A DNA stretch of 59,389 bases, the filler included, from a bacterium (GTDB taxonomy: Bacteria > CLD3 > SB21): assembly GCA_013360215.1 (NCBI GenBank). It is 3 parts of 3 records of this genome, joined end to end, with 100 filler letters (N's around TTAATTAATTAA, not from the genome) between each part and the next. Parts side by side here need not be neighbours in the genome. Positions count along the whole stretch, not along the records: positions 18,127 to 35,097 come from JABWCP010000042.1; 2 more parts are not named here. One strand, 5' to 3'. Positions 19,696 to 29,876 of this stretch are shown here, piece after piece; position 1 is the first letter of the stretch; the number at the start of each line of letters is the position of its first letter. The position numbers were made by a program, and so were the translations under genes. The notes beneath the pieces are model-generated. The model had not been told where the DNA came from. It saw nothing but the letters and a program-made list of their open reading frames with translations, and ran no database searches.

Positions 19696-20985
19696 TCACA
19701 CTTTATCCCAATCTGCTCTTTCGGATTGTAGTTTTTTTATACGTTCGGCATTCACCTTTAATGCACGGAAATGAAGTGTCGTTTTAGAATCCGTGTACGT
19801 CTCTTCCAAAACTTCCGCTAGATGGTGTACGGTCGCATAAAACTTACCATCACCGCTATCAAACGAAACTTTATCCAACGTGAACGCATGATCTATTTCG
19901 TCCTTGATAGCTTGTTTCAGTCTATCCAACCCGATACGGCGACCGGCCGATATGAACACGGTATTGGGAAACTGATGACGCATACTCGTGATCAGCGCTT
20001 CATCGCTCACACGATCCACTTTATTAAATACGACGATGCGCGCATCTTTGAGCGCATTTAATTCACGCAATACTTTTTCGACCGCCTCCATTTGCTCCAT
20101 AAAAATAGGACTGCTCAAATCCACGACATGCAATAAAATATCTGCTTCGCGTACTTCTTCGAGTGTGGAGCGAAATGAAGCGACCAAGTGATGCGGCAGC
20201 TTTCTGATAAAACCGACCGTATCTGTTATCAAACAGGAATGATCGTTATCTAAAAACACTTTGCGCGTCGTAGCATCAAGCGTAGCAAAAAGCCTGTCCT
20301 CCACGTACACATCAGCCTGCGAAAGTGCGTTGAGTAATGTAGATTTACCGACATTGGTGTATCCGACCAAAGCTACACGAAAGATCTCACCGCGTCCCGC
20401 CCGTTGGGTTTCCCGTTGTCGTTCGATTTTTTTAAGCTCTTCTTTTAAAACAGCAATACGTTGTCCGACCAAACGCCGATCCGTCTCGAGCTGCGTTTCA
20501 CCGGGACCTTTGGTAAATACCCCGCCGCCTTGCCGTTCTAAGTGAGTCCACATTTTAGAAAGTCTTGGAAGCAGATATTCGAGTTGTGCCAATTCAACTT
20601 GGGTTTTCGATTCGCGCGTGCGTGCACGCTTAGCAAAAATATCAAGAATCAACGCGCTCCGATCTATGATTTTACATTTCGCTTCACGCTCGATATTTTT
20701 TGTTTGGCCCGGAGAAAGATCATCATCAAATATAACTACCTGAATATTCTCGGCCTGCACTTTGAGCACGATCTCGTGCACCTTTCCTTTACCGATATAT
20801 GTGGAAGGATCAATTTGCCGAAGCTGCTGTTTCACGGATGCCACCACTTCCACACCGGCGGTATCCGCTAACAAAGCAAGTTCTTCAAGATAGTCATCCA
20901 CTAACCTGTTTTCCTGGCGATCATGTGCAACGCCTACAAGTAATGCGCGTTCTTTTTTTCGTGTCGTATCGTGTGTTTTATTCAT
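19696..20985 (-). CDS. hflX: Ribosome rescue GTPase HflX
   Basis: LILDIFA.RA, QVELAQL.Y.LPRL, GPGETQLE.DRR, GYTNVGKS, LFATLD, DTVGFI, NKVD. Confidence 0.97.
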   Translation of the reverse strand: MNKTHDTTRKKERALLVGVAHDRQENRLVDDYLEELALLADTAGVEVVASVKQQLRQIDPSTYIGKGKVHEIVLKVQAENIQVVIFDDDLSPGQTKNIEREAKCKIIDRSALILDIFAKRARTRESKTQVELAQLEYLLPRLSKMWTHLERQGGGVFTKGPGETQLETDRRLVGQRIAVLKEELKKIERQRETQRAGRGEIFRVALVGYTNVGKSTLLNALSQADVYVEDRLFATLDATTRKVFLDNDHSCLITDTVGFIRKLPHHLVASFRSTLEEVREADILLHVVDLSSPIFMEQMEAVEKVLRELNALKDARIVVFNKVDRVSDEALITSMRHQFPNTVFISAGRRIGLDRLKQAIKDEIDHAFTLDKVSFDSGDGKFYATVHHLAEVLEETYTDSKTTLHFRALKVNAERIKKLQSERADWDKV

Positions 20986-20999
20986 ATTCTCCTAAAATT

Positions 21000-22136
21000 T
21001 TATGATTTATCCTCAGGTAATTCCAACGCCGGAATAACCGGTAAAGCCGTGCCCATGATGCCTTCTAAATCGCCATTCATTCGGCTCATGCTCACCATCA
21101 TGCGTTCAATTTGTTTTTCTCGGCGTTGCCAGTTCTTTTCCATGCTGCGGCGCTCCTGATCTAAATCGCCGCGCATTTGCACAAAAGCCTCAAGTACGGC
21201 CTCCATCTTTTGGCGGAACTCATTGCCCGTAAGATAGTTGTATAACATTTCCATTTTCTCATTTTTACCAACCGCCGCAATACGTGTTTGCGCAAGCTCC
21301 GTCATTCCCACACGTAAAACTTCAGCCAGTTCGACCGCTGTTCCAAACCCTGTAATCCAGACGCCGTCCAGATTGCCCATCGTTTTAATTTCTTTCGGCA
21401 AGGCTTGGGTAACCAAAACGGCCACGTTGGCTCCCGCCGAACGCATATCATCTTTGAGCTTTTGAATCCACGATGGGCTCCATTCTTTGGTACGTTTCGA
21501 TTCCCATATTATGGTTCCAGACTCCAAACCTGATCTGTTATAAACCCGCTGCAAAACATCGGCGCCCCGAATTCCTTTGGGAACTTCGCTGATAACATCA
21601 AGCGGAAATTTTTCACGTAGTAAATTCTCCAAAGCCAGTTCCATGACCTCTCCTTGGGATTGCTGTGAACCTTGTTCGGCTTTGCGTTTGAGTTCGTCCA
21701 CTTGACGCATCATATCGGCAATACGTTTATCTTTCTCAGCATCTTTGAGTCGAAATGCTTCGATCGCCTTCGCTTCGACTTCGATACGGATTTTATTACG
21801 CTCTTCCATAATCAGACGTTCGGTTTCCAACTTCAAATTTTGTTCGCGTTCTTCGATCTCACGTTGCTGTTTCATCAATTGCAACTCGCGGGTACGCGCG
21901 TCCTGCATGTTCTTATCTTTGATGGCCAGTTGTTGCTGCAGATCGGCCAACTGCAATGTCCATTGCTCTGTCGCATCACGACGAATCTTCTCTTCACGTT
22001 TGGCTATTTCGGACTTAAATTTCTGATTAAATTCGTCCCGTATTTTTTGCTCGGCCTGCGCTTCAAAGCGACTTTGAAAGGCATCTGAAAGTTCAAACTG
22101 ATGCTTGCATTTGGGACATATAATCTGTTCACTCAT
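21000..22136 (-). CDS. DUF2130 domain coiled-coil protein
   Basis: CPKC N-terminus, coiled coil, QGEV.EL.LE..L...FP.D, WESKRTK.WS..WI.KLKDD. Confidence 0.85.
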   Translation of the reverse strand: MSEQIICPKCKHQFELSDAFQSRFEAQAEQKIRDEFNQKFKSEIAKREEKIRRDATEQWTLQLADLQQQLAIKDKNMQDARTRELQLMKQQREIEEREQNLKLETERLIMEERNKIRIEVEAKAIEAFRLKDAEKDKRIADMMRQVDELKRKAEQGSQQSQGEVMELALENLLREKFPLDVISEVPKGIRGADVLQRVYNRSGLESGTIIWESKRTKEWSPSWIQKLKDDMRSAGANVAVLVTQALPKEIKTMGNLDGVWITGFGTAVELAEVLRVGMTELAQTRIAAVGKNEKMEMLYNYLTGNEFRQKMEAVLEAFVQMRGDLDQERRSMEKNWQRREKQIERMMVSMSRMNGDLEGIMGTALPVIPALELPEDKS

Positions 22137-22300
22137 GATAACTCCTTACATAAACAACGCCGCCATGATACGATGATTTGCAGAGATTTTCTACCATATT
22201 TTTTCCCATTTTTTTCTATTGCGTATTCGAACGTATAACTGTATTTTTATTGAAAATAGCACACTTCGGTTTTTTCACGTTTCAAGTAAAGCGCTTGCCC

Positions 22301-24259
22301 ATGTCGGATTATTTCCGCCGTATAGTTTTGTGTCTGGGTGTATCTTTGATAGGTGTATTGCCGCTTCGCGCGCAAGGCACGCTCTATCGTGGCACGCAGA
22401 GTCTTTTTATGGAAACCGGTGTTGGCGCACGCGCACAGGCTTTGGGTCGTGCGTTTACGGGGCTCGCCAATGACGGTTCGGCCGTTTTTTGGAATCCCGC
22501 CGGGTTAGATTTTTTGCAACAGCCTAATTTTGTAGCCTATCATTCCACCCTTGTCGAAGGTACTTTTTTCAATTTTGCCGCCGTAACATATCCTTTTTTA
22601 GAATTTGGCTCCGTCGGAGTCGGTATGGCACGTATCGGGGTCAATGGCATCCCACTCAATAACGAGTGGACTAATCTAGCTCAAGGCGAATACTCAGAAC
22701 AAGAATACTATATCGCGTATGGCAAACGCCTACCATTTTGGAATTTATCACTAGGTACAACTTTTAAAATGGTCAATGTCAATGCCAGCGAACTGAATGC
22801 CAATGATGCGCCGGTTTCGAAATCCGGATTTTCAAGCGGTCTGGATATCGCACTGATGTGGAAACCTGATTTTGAAAATGCAATAGTACGCAATATGTCT
22901 TTCGGTTTTAATTATCAAAATGTAGTCGCTCCCTCCTTCAAACTTTCCACATTTTCGTACAACGATCCCCGCAATCTGCGTTTTGGTATAGCCAAAGAAA
23001 TTTATTTTGGCGGTGACCAACTCAAACGACTAACTATCCTTGCGGATGTGAGCAAAGGTTCACGTTCCGGAATAGAATATATGGCGGGGATGGAATATTC
23101 GTTTAATCGTTTTCTGATAGCTCGCGGCGGTTTTGACGCCGGACGCATGACCGTGGGTATGGGCACAGAATTTACGCAGTTTCAACGCTTTCAAGTGGAT
23201 TATTCTGTCAATCTCGGGAGTCAATACGGGACAGCGCTGCATCGCCTCTCGCTTACGATGAATTTTGGTAAAACCATCGAAGAGCGCCAAAATATTGCCC
23301 GCGCGCTTCGCGCCGATCAGGATCAAAAAATGATCGCACAAAATCAGGAAGCAGTCAAAATCCGTGCGATCAAAGAACACTCGACGCTCGGCACCGAATA
23401 TCTGAAAGACGGCAAACTTATCCCCGCACTAGTTGAGCTGGAACAAGTAGTCTCCTTGGATCCCAATAATGCGAACGCAAAATCTTTATTAGATACGGTG
23501 CGTTTCAGGATGGATAAACAATTGTCGGATCGCTTAGCCGATACGGCGACCAGTGTCCGCGAAATGACTGTTTCCCAACAACAAAATAAATTTGTCGAAG
23601 ATCACTACCGCAAAGGATATCAATTAGTACAAAAGGGAGATTACATAGCCGCCCTGAGCGAATTTCAAACAGCGCTTGAGCGGTCTCCCAATAATCCCGA
23701 TATTCAGCGTTCACTCAACGAAACACGCGGTCTTCTTGATAAACGAATTGCCAGTATTATCGCTAAAGCCCGATCCAATGCGGCCGGTAATAATTTCTCC
23801 GAAGCGCTAAAATTACTGAGTGAAGCGCGCAGTCTTGACCCGACCAATCAACAAATACAACGTGAGATTGATACGGAACTCAAGCGGATAAGCAACCGAC
23901 TTAGTTTTCTGGAAAGCACCCGTAGTGGTCTTGATGCGTATCAAAAAGGTGATTATCAAGCGGCTATGGAAGCTTTTGAAGCTGCGCTGCTCGTTGACCC
24001 GCAGAATCCGACGGTCAAGGAATACCACAAAAAATCCATTGTCAGGGCTTTCGCTACATTCAAAAATCTTGAAGGCGATGTAGAAAAAACATACCTGCAG
24101 GGTGTGGATTTGTATGTCGAAGGAAAATACGAGCAGGCCATAGCGATTTGGCAGCGCATTTTAGAAAAAGACCCGCTCAATAAACGCGTATTAAAAGCCA
24201 TCGATAAAGCCGAAGATCAAATTCGTCAACGCGATGAAGCCAAAGGACGGAAAAAATAA
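22301..24259 (+). CDS. PorV/PorQ-like beta-barrel fused to C-terminal TPR repeats
   Basis: Signal peptide, GVGARA.ALG.AF.GLAND.SA.FWNPAGL, barrel ending HRLSL.M.F, then multiple TPRs (LDP.N motifs). Confidence 0.82.
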   Translation: MSDYFRRIVLCLGVSLIGVLPLRAQGTLYRGTQSLFMETGVGARAQALGRAFTGLANDGSAVFWNPAGLDFLQQPNFVAYHSTLVEGTFFNFAAVTYPFLEFGSVGVGMARIGVNGIPLNNEWTNLAQGEYSEQEYYIAYGKRLPFWNLSLGTTFKMVNVNASELNANDAPVSKSGFSSGLDIALMWKPDFENAIVRNMSFGFNYQNVVAPSFKLSTFSYNDPRNLRFGIAKEIYFGGDQLKRLTILADVSKGSRSGIEYMAGMEYSFNRFLIARGGFDAGRMTVGMGTEFTQFQRFQVDYSVNLGSQYGTALHRLSLTMNFGKTIEERQNIARALRADQDQKMIAQNQEAVKIRAIKEHSTLGTEYLKDGKLIPALVELEQVVSLDPNNANAKSLLDTVRFRMDKQLSDRLADTATSVREMTVSQQQNKFVEDHYRKGYQLVQKGDYIAALSEFQTALERSPNNPDIQRSLNETRGLLDKRIASIIAKARSNAAGNNFSEALKLLSEARSLDPTNQQIQREIDTELKRISNRLSFLESTRSGLDAYQKGDYQAAMEAFEAALLVDPQNPTVKEYHKKSIVRAFATFKNLEGDVEKTYLQGVDLYVEGKYEQAIAIWQRILEKDPLNKRVLKAIDKAEDQIRQRDEAKGRKK

Positions 24260-24265
24260 ATTCCT

Positions 24266-26851
24266 ATGCTTTTTAAAGCTTCACTAAAAGAAGAACTCAA
24301 GCGCCCGGCTGATATGAAATATCTGGTCGAACTGCGCGACTTCGTCGTCGGCATCGGGCGGAAGTACGGCTTTGATGAAAAAGTCATAGGCACATTGCGC
24401 CTCGCAACGGATGAAGCCGTTACGAATATCATTCGACATGCGTATCGTGATACCCCGGGCCGCGGCGTAGTCACTCTTCGGGCGATTGTAAAAACATCCA
24501 GCCTTACCATTATCATTATCGATCAGGGCAAAACATTCGACCCTCGAAACGCCAAAGCGCCTGATATGGCTGAGTATATCAAAATCGGCAAAAAGGGCGG
24601 TCTTGGTATTTTCATGCTCAAAAAGATGATGGATGAGATTGATTACCAGGTCACTTCCGAAGGTAACGAACTTCGCCTTGTCAAATATCGTACGCAAGGT
24701 AAACGCGGCAGCCGAGCCAAGTGGCTCCGTGATGTGAATTTACGTAACCGCTATGCTATTATATCATCCGCCGCTCTCACGCTTCTCGTATTGATCGGAT
24801 ATGTGTTATACGAAAAAATACAGACGAAGAACATGGAGAACGAAATCCTCAAACGTATCACGGCGATTTCAGCAACCATGGCTTCGACAAGCGCGGATCT
24901 CATGGCCAGTTACGACGACCTTTCCATGTTTCAGATTGCGCAGCGTTTGAAAAAAGACAACGAACAGATGATCGTGGACATTTTTGTAGTTGACCGCAAC
25001 AACTATATTTTTGCTGCTTCCAATCGCAATAGCCTCGGTAAATATCCAATGCCTGAAAATTATGAAACACTATCTTTCGACGGTTCGGATTCTCCTCAAC
25101 TTCCCGATAGTGTTGCGCAACAATTTGAAAACCCTGAGCTACTTACATTAGTAAAAACTTATAAATATACCCAGGAAGACTTGCCCACGTTCGATATTGC
25201 AACACCGGTTTACCGTTCCAATATCATTTCACAAGACAATTTGCTCGGCTATGCCCACGTGTTGGTGCGCGAACAAACTATTCTCAATGAAATGACCAAT
25301 TTGCGCATTTTAGGGATTGTCCTGGCATTACTTGTACTCCTTGTCGGCTATACCGGTATCGCTATTCTTCTCGCTCGCATTATCAGTCCCTTCCAAAAAC
25401 TAAGTGACTGGATTCGCAGTGCCGGCCATGAATCCGTTTCGGATGACGTTGACATTGATACGACCAATGAAGTCGGTGAAATCGCGCAGGCTTTTTCCGA
25501 CATGGCATCCAAATTTCGCAAAGCTCAGATCGGCCTCGTACAGCAGAAGCAGCTTCAAAAAGAAATACAGGTTGCTCAAGAAATCCAGCACATGTTGTTA
25601 CCGGTATCATTTCCTGAAGTTCAGGGTTATGACCTTTCTACTTATTACGAATCGGCTAAAGAGGTCGGCGGTGATCTTTTTGACTTTATAAAAGTAGATG
25701 ATGATACGATCGGTATCGTAGTTGCCGACGTATCCGGTAAAGGTGTTCCGGGTTCGCTCGTTATGACGATGATTCGTACTGCATTGCGGCTCGAAGCCCG
25801 CGGGAACAAAAACCCCGCTGATGTACTGGCTCGCGTCAATGAGTTTGTCGTGGATGATATGAAAAAGGGCATGTTCGTCACGATGTTTTATATCGTTCTT
25901 GATTCACGTAACCGTGAAATTCACTATGCCAGTGCCGGTCATAATCCCATGATTCTTCACAGGGTTTCGACCAAACAAACATACTACCTCAATCCGCGCG
26001 GTTTTCCGGTGGGCATCTCGCTTCCCGATCGAAAGCTTTTTGGTCAATCTATCCAGACGGACAGTATTAAGTTACAAGAGGATGATATTCTCATTGCTTA
26101 TACAGACGGTATTACGGAAGCAATGAACCACGAGCGGGATTTGTACAGCGAAGAACGTTTTCTTGAGACGATCCGCCGACATGCACATTTGGATGCCAAA
26201 GCTTTTGTCGAAAATATGCGGAACGATCTTAATGAGTTTACGCAAGGGGCTCCACAAAGCGACGATATTACGCTCGTTGCAATCAAAGAAAATTTAGCCG
26301 CCGGTGATGTGCTTTTCAACTTGCGTAAACAATTGATTGACATGGTAGCTGAAGGTATGAGTGTGAAAGAAGCCTGCGCAAAGACACGTATATCTACTTC
26401 AACTTATTATAAGTATAAGAAAAAATATGATGAACTCGGTGAAGCGGGACTCCGAAATAAATCGGAGGGCTCGAATATCGAGGCTAAACATTTTAGTATC
26501 GAACAGCGCGCTAAAATTTTTGATGTCATACGTAAACACCCTGAATTTGGCCCTAAAATGATCAGCAACACACTCAATTCAGAGGAATATAGTTTTACAA
26601 CAATACCCGAAAAACGCATCTACGATGAATTAGTTCGCCTGCGTCTCAACACGGAAGAAAAACGTCAGGCTTTTGTCAGTCAAAAAGCAAAAACGAAGCG
26701 TTTCAAAATGCCCGGCACACCACTTCTTACCATGGAGGGTGAAGTCATCAAGAATGACGGATCTAACGCGAACTCCATCGTTGATCGGATCATGCAACAG
26801 CGGCAACAAGCCATTGAGTCTGAGAAGAAAACGGAACCGGCTGAAGCGTAA
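24266..26851 (+). CDS. Membrane RsbW-like kinase / sensor / HAMP / PP2C phosphatase / HTH fusion
   Basis: DEAVTNIIRHAY, DQGK.FDP, GGLGI...K.MDE (HATPase_c_2); two TMs; NEVGEIA.AF (HAMP); VGGD.FD, DVSGKG, SAGH, TDGITE, DDIT (SpoIIE); C-terminal HTHs. Confidence 0.88.
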   Translation: MLFKASLKEELKRPADMKYLVELRDFVVGIGRKYGFDEKVIGTLRLATDEAVTNIIRHAYRDTPGRGVVTLRAIVKTSSLTIIIIDQGKTFDPRNAKAPDMAEYIKIGKKGGLGIFMLKKMMDEIDYQVTSEGNELRLVKYRTQGKRGSRAKWLRDVNLRNRYAIISSAALTLLVLIGYVLYEKIQTKNMENEILKRITAISATMASTSADLMASYDDLSMFQIAQRLKKDNEQMIVDIFVVDRNNYIFAASNRNSLGKYPMPENYETLSFDGSDSPQLPDSVAQQFENPELLTLVKTYKYTQEDLPTFDIATPVYRSNIISQDNLLGYAHVLVREQTILNEMTNLRILGIVLALLVLLVGYTGIAILLARIISPFQKLSDWIRSAGHESVSDDVDIDTTNEVGEIAQAFSDMASKFRKAQIGLVQQKQLQKEIQVAQEIQHMLLPVSFPEVQGYDLSTYYESAKEVGGDLFDFIKVDDDTIGIVVADVSGKGVPGSLVMTMIRTALRLEARGNKNPADVLARVNEFVVDDMKKGMFVTMFYIVLDSRNREIHYASAGHNPMILHRVSTKQTYYLNPRGFPVGISLPDRKLFGQSIQTDSIKLQEDDILIAYTDGITEAMNHERDLYSEERFLETIRRHAHLDAKAFVENMRNDLNEFTQGAPQSDDITLVAIKENLAAGDVLFNLRKQLIDMVAEGMSVKEACAKTRISTSTYYKYKKKYDELGEAGLRNKSEGSNIEAKHFSIEQRAKIFDVIRKHPEFGPKMISNTLNSEEYSFTTIPEKRIYDELVRLRLNTEEKRQAFVSQKAKTKRFKMPGTPLLTMEGEVIKNDGSNANSIVDRIMQQRQQAIESEKKTEPAEA

Positions 26852-27017
26852 ACAATGTATGTTTTAGAAAACATAAAATTGTATTGACTAATTTTCACTG
26901 TTTCGTTAGTATTCCTTTATATAATATACTTGTCCCGTAATCCATTCTTTTTCAGGTCTTTTAGATTTTTTCAATCACATTCACTTTCCAATAACAAGGA
27001 AATTCAGGAGGATCCCA

Positions 27018-28364
27018 ATGAAATCCCTTTGGAACACACGTATCCGGGCGTTCAGTGCGGCTGCTCTGGTGTTAGCCACCTTATCGGAGGTTTATGCCGG
27101 CGGTTTTTCGATTTATGAACAAGGCGGTCGTGCCACAGCCCAAGGCGGTGCTGTAGTAGCCCGCCCATGGGACGCTTCAGCTGCGTTTTACAATCCCGCC
27201 GGTTTAGCATTTTATGGTGGCGCGCCCGGAACATATCGTTTTTATGCCGGTTTAACCCCGGTACAGTCTCTTTCTAAATTCACGGGCCTTGATGAAAACC
27301 CAGGACTAGGGGTTCGCGAAGAAGCAAAAGAAAAGTGGTTTCCTCCTTTTTACGCTTACGCTGTTTATCAAATTAATGAAAATATGGCAGCTGGCTTAGC
27401 TATAACCACTCCTTTTGGACTCGGAACGGAATGGAAAAATCCAGGTAATACATACAGCGGCCGTTTTCGTTCACTACTAAGTAATGTCGAAGCTGTATAT
27501 GTGAGCCCTACTTTTTCATACAAAGTAAACAATATGTTCGGCATCGGAGCAGGTGTTGATTTCGTTTATTCTCGAGTCGCACTCCGCCGTCACCAAGGCG
27601 TACTCTTTTTCAACGGTGTTGAAGCTAAAATGTATGATGTTGCAGATGTGTATCTGAAGGGCGAGGATAAGGCCTCTTTTGGCTTCCACGTATCTGCTTA
27701 TGCAAAAATGAACGAACAACTATCTTTCGGTGTGGACTACAAACACTCCGTAAAAAATGAATATGAAGGACACGGACGTTTCCGTCAAATCAAAACAGAT
27801 ATTGCAGCTTTGGATGCCACCGTAGCTTCTAATTTTGCTAATCCAGCATTTGGCAGTATGTACCAAAAAGGAAACACGGAACTTACATTCCCGAGTTCTT
27901 TGGTGGTTGGAGCTGCATTTAAACCGATGGAAAATTTTTCAATCGAAACTGATTTTGTTTATGCCGGGTGGAGCGTGTTTAAGGAGGTCGTGATTGAATT
28001 TCCCGAGCAAAATGGCGGAACAACGTCAACATTGGAAGAAAAATATAAGAATACATGGCAGATCCGCGTCGGTGGTGAATATGATGTAAATGAGCGTTTG
28101 CAAGCACGATTCGGTTATATTTTCGATAAAACTCCTGCCCCTACTGAAACTGTAAATCCACTCCTTCCCGATGCAGATCGTAACGATTTTTCAATCGGTG
28201 TTGGCTACAAAATAACTGAATCCATACATGTAGATGCGGCATACATGGCCGTAGTTTTTAGTGAACGAAGCACCAAAGGAAAAAACGTTGACGGATACGA
28301 TGGAGTATATAACTCGCATGTCAACCTTTTCTCGATTGGTTTTGGATACACTTTTGGAAAATAA
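27018..28364 (+). CDS. OmpP1/FadL-family outer-membrane transporter
   Basis: GGF.IYEQG.R, DAS.AFYNPAGL, TPFGL..EW, LLPD.DR, terminal YTF. Confidence 0.9.
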   Translation: MKSLWNTRIRAFSAAALVLATLSEVYAGGFSIYEQGGRATAQGGAVVARPWDASAAFYNPAGLAFYGGAPGTYRFYAGLTPVQSLSKFTGLDENPGLGVREEAKEKWFPPFYAYAVYQINENMAAGLAITTPFGLGTEWKNPGNTYSGRFRSLLSNVEAVYVSPTFSYKVNNMFGIGAGVDFVYSRVALRRHQGVLFFNGVEAKMYDVADVYLKGEDKASFGFHVSAYAKMNEQLSFGVDYKHSVKNEYEGHGRFRQIKTDIAALDATVASNFANPAFGSMYQKGNTELTFPSSLVVGAAFKPMENFSIETDFVYAGWSVFKEVVIEFPEQNGGTTSTLEEKYKNTWQIRVGGEYDVNERLQARFGYIFDKTPAPTETVNPLLPDADRNDFSIGVGYKITESIHVDAAYMAVVFSERSTKGKNVDGYDGVYNSHVNLFSIGFGYTFGK

Positions 28365-28395
28365 TAATATAGAATAGAAAGACTGGAGTATAGCA

Positions 28396-29790
28396 ATGAA
28401 TACAAAACTTAATATAAAACTAATGAGCGTGGTCAGCCTGCTCATGGTTTTAATCTCAGCTGGTTGTTCCTTGGATTATCCCACAACGGCAAGCCGCGAT
28501 CTTCCAAGAATTACAACAAGCGGAACTGCTGACTTTTCAAAACTTGTTGTTGCCGGAAATAGCTTAACAGCAGGATACCAAAGTGGCGGTTTAGCCGGGA
28601 ATTTTCAGGTAAATAGCTATCCGGCTATGATTTCACGTCAATTGGGGATAGAAAACGGGGGTTACAAAGGCTCAGAATTTGAACAACCTCTCGCTTCCGA
28701 CTCAGGAACCTCGGGAATCCTAATTTTAAACTACTCTCCGACAGGCCCCATTGCCAGCTCGGCAACCGCAATTACAGCACCTTTTGTAAATACGAATTTG
28801 ACCAGATCTTATGACAACATGGCCGTACCAGGTGCTTTCGTATATGATTTTTTGAATACTACGGCCTCAGGAAACGGTTGGGGTGGACTCATTTTATCCA
28901 GCCCGAATACATTATTTGATGCAATTTTGAGAAATAGCGGAACTCAATTCCAACAAGTAAAATCATTAAACCCCAGTTTTGTGATTTGGTGGGAAGGACA
29001 CAATGATATTCTCGGTTATGCAACACGTGGTGCCGGAGTGCATAAAATCCCAGGCCCTACCCAAGGCGCTCCGCCGTATACACCTCGCAATTCGACCGAA
29101 GCTGGTGCGATGGGTATTCCGTTCAATTTTACTACGATGTATACTGCCGCCATTGACAGCCTTGCAGCAACCGGTGCTGATGTAATCGTCGGTAATATAC
29201 CTTATGTCACGGATATACCTTACTTTACAACTGTGTTCCCCTCAACCAGTATTTTTGCAGTTAACGATTCAATTTATCTTGTTACCAACGCATTAACCGG
29301 TGCAAAATCCGGTCTTTTTTTCGAAGAAGATCTTACGGGTGCCGATGATAGTATCAAATACATGCTGCTTCCGGTCAGTAGTCTTTTAGGTAAAACTAAT
29401 GTTCCTGGTTTTACCGGACTCCCATATGGGCTACACGCAAGTGCCCGCATTCAAGGACGTTACACGATAACCAATGAAGAGGCAACCAACATTGCAGGTA
29501 TTATTGATGGTTATAATACTATTATTTCTACGGTTGCCGACGCTAAAGGTATTGCTGTCGTGGACTTCAAATCATATTTTAGCCAAATAAAAACGGATGG
29601 ATATACTCTCCCGAATGGTACCAAAGCCGGTGCGTCATTTTTATCTGGCGGGCTTTTCAGTCTTGACGGAGTTCACCCGTCTACACTGGGATATGCCGTT
29701 GTTGCAAACAAATGGATATTGGAAATAAATAACAAATTCAATAGTGAAATACCCTTGGTTAGAATCACAGATTACATGAACATTAAATAA
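28396..29790 (+). CDS. SGNH/GDSL-family lipoprotein hydrolase
   Basis: Lipobox SAGC, GNSLTAG, NMAVPG, G.ND, FSLDGVHP. Confidence 0.85.
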   Translation: MNTKLNIKLMSVVSLLMVLISAGCSLDYPTTASRDLPRITTSGTADFSKLVVAGNSLTAGYQSGGLAGNFQVNSYPAMISRQLGIENGGYKGSEFEQPLASDSGTSGILILNYSPTGPIASSATAITAPFVNTNLTRSYDNMAVPGAFVYDFLNTTASGNGWGGLILSSPNTLFDAILRNSGTQFQQVKSLNPSFVIWWEGHNDILGYATRGAGVHKIPGPTQGAPPYTPRNSTEAGAMGIPFNFTTMYTAAIDSLAATGADVIVGNIPYVTDIPYFTTVFPSTSIFAVNDSIYLVTNALTGAKSGLFFEEDLTGADDSIKYMLLPVSSLLGKTNVPGFTGLPYGLHASARIQGRYTITNEEATNIAGIIDGYNTIISTVADAKGIAVVDFKSYFSQIKTDGYTLPNGTKAGASFLSGGLFSLDGVHPSTLGYAVVANKWILEINNKFNSEIPLVRITDYMNIK

Positions 29791-29808
29791 TACATCTAAT
29801 TTGACGTT

Positions 29809-29840
29809 AAAACCCCGTTTCAAATGAAACGGGGTTTTTT
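29809..29840 (+). terminator. Intrinsic terminator (possibly bidirectional)
   Basis: aaaaccccgtttca-aa-tgaaacggggttttttt. Confidence 0.88.
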
Positions 29841-29876
29841 ATTTGTGTATCATGTGCTGATTGAATATTTTGTTTC

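Noticed and set aside
26330-26660. Active IS element at the end of the phosphatase gene
   Set aside because: Only HTH-like sequence in frame with the host gene; no DDE domain, inverted repeats or target duplication
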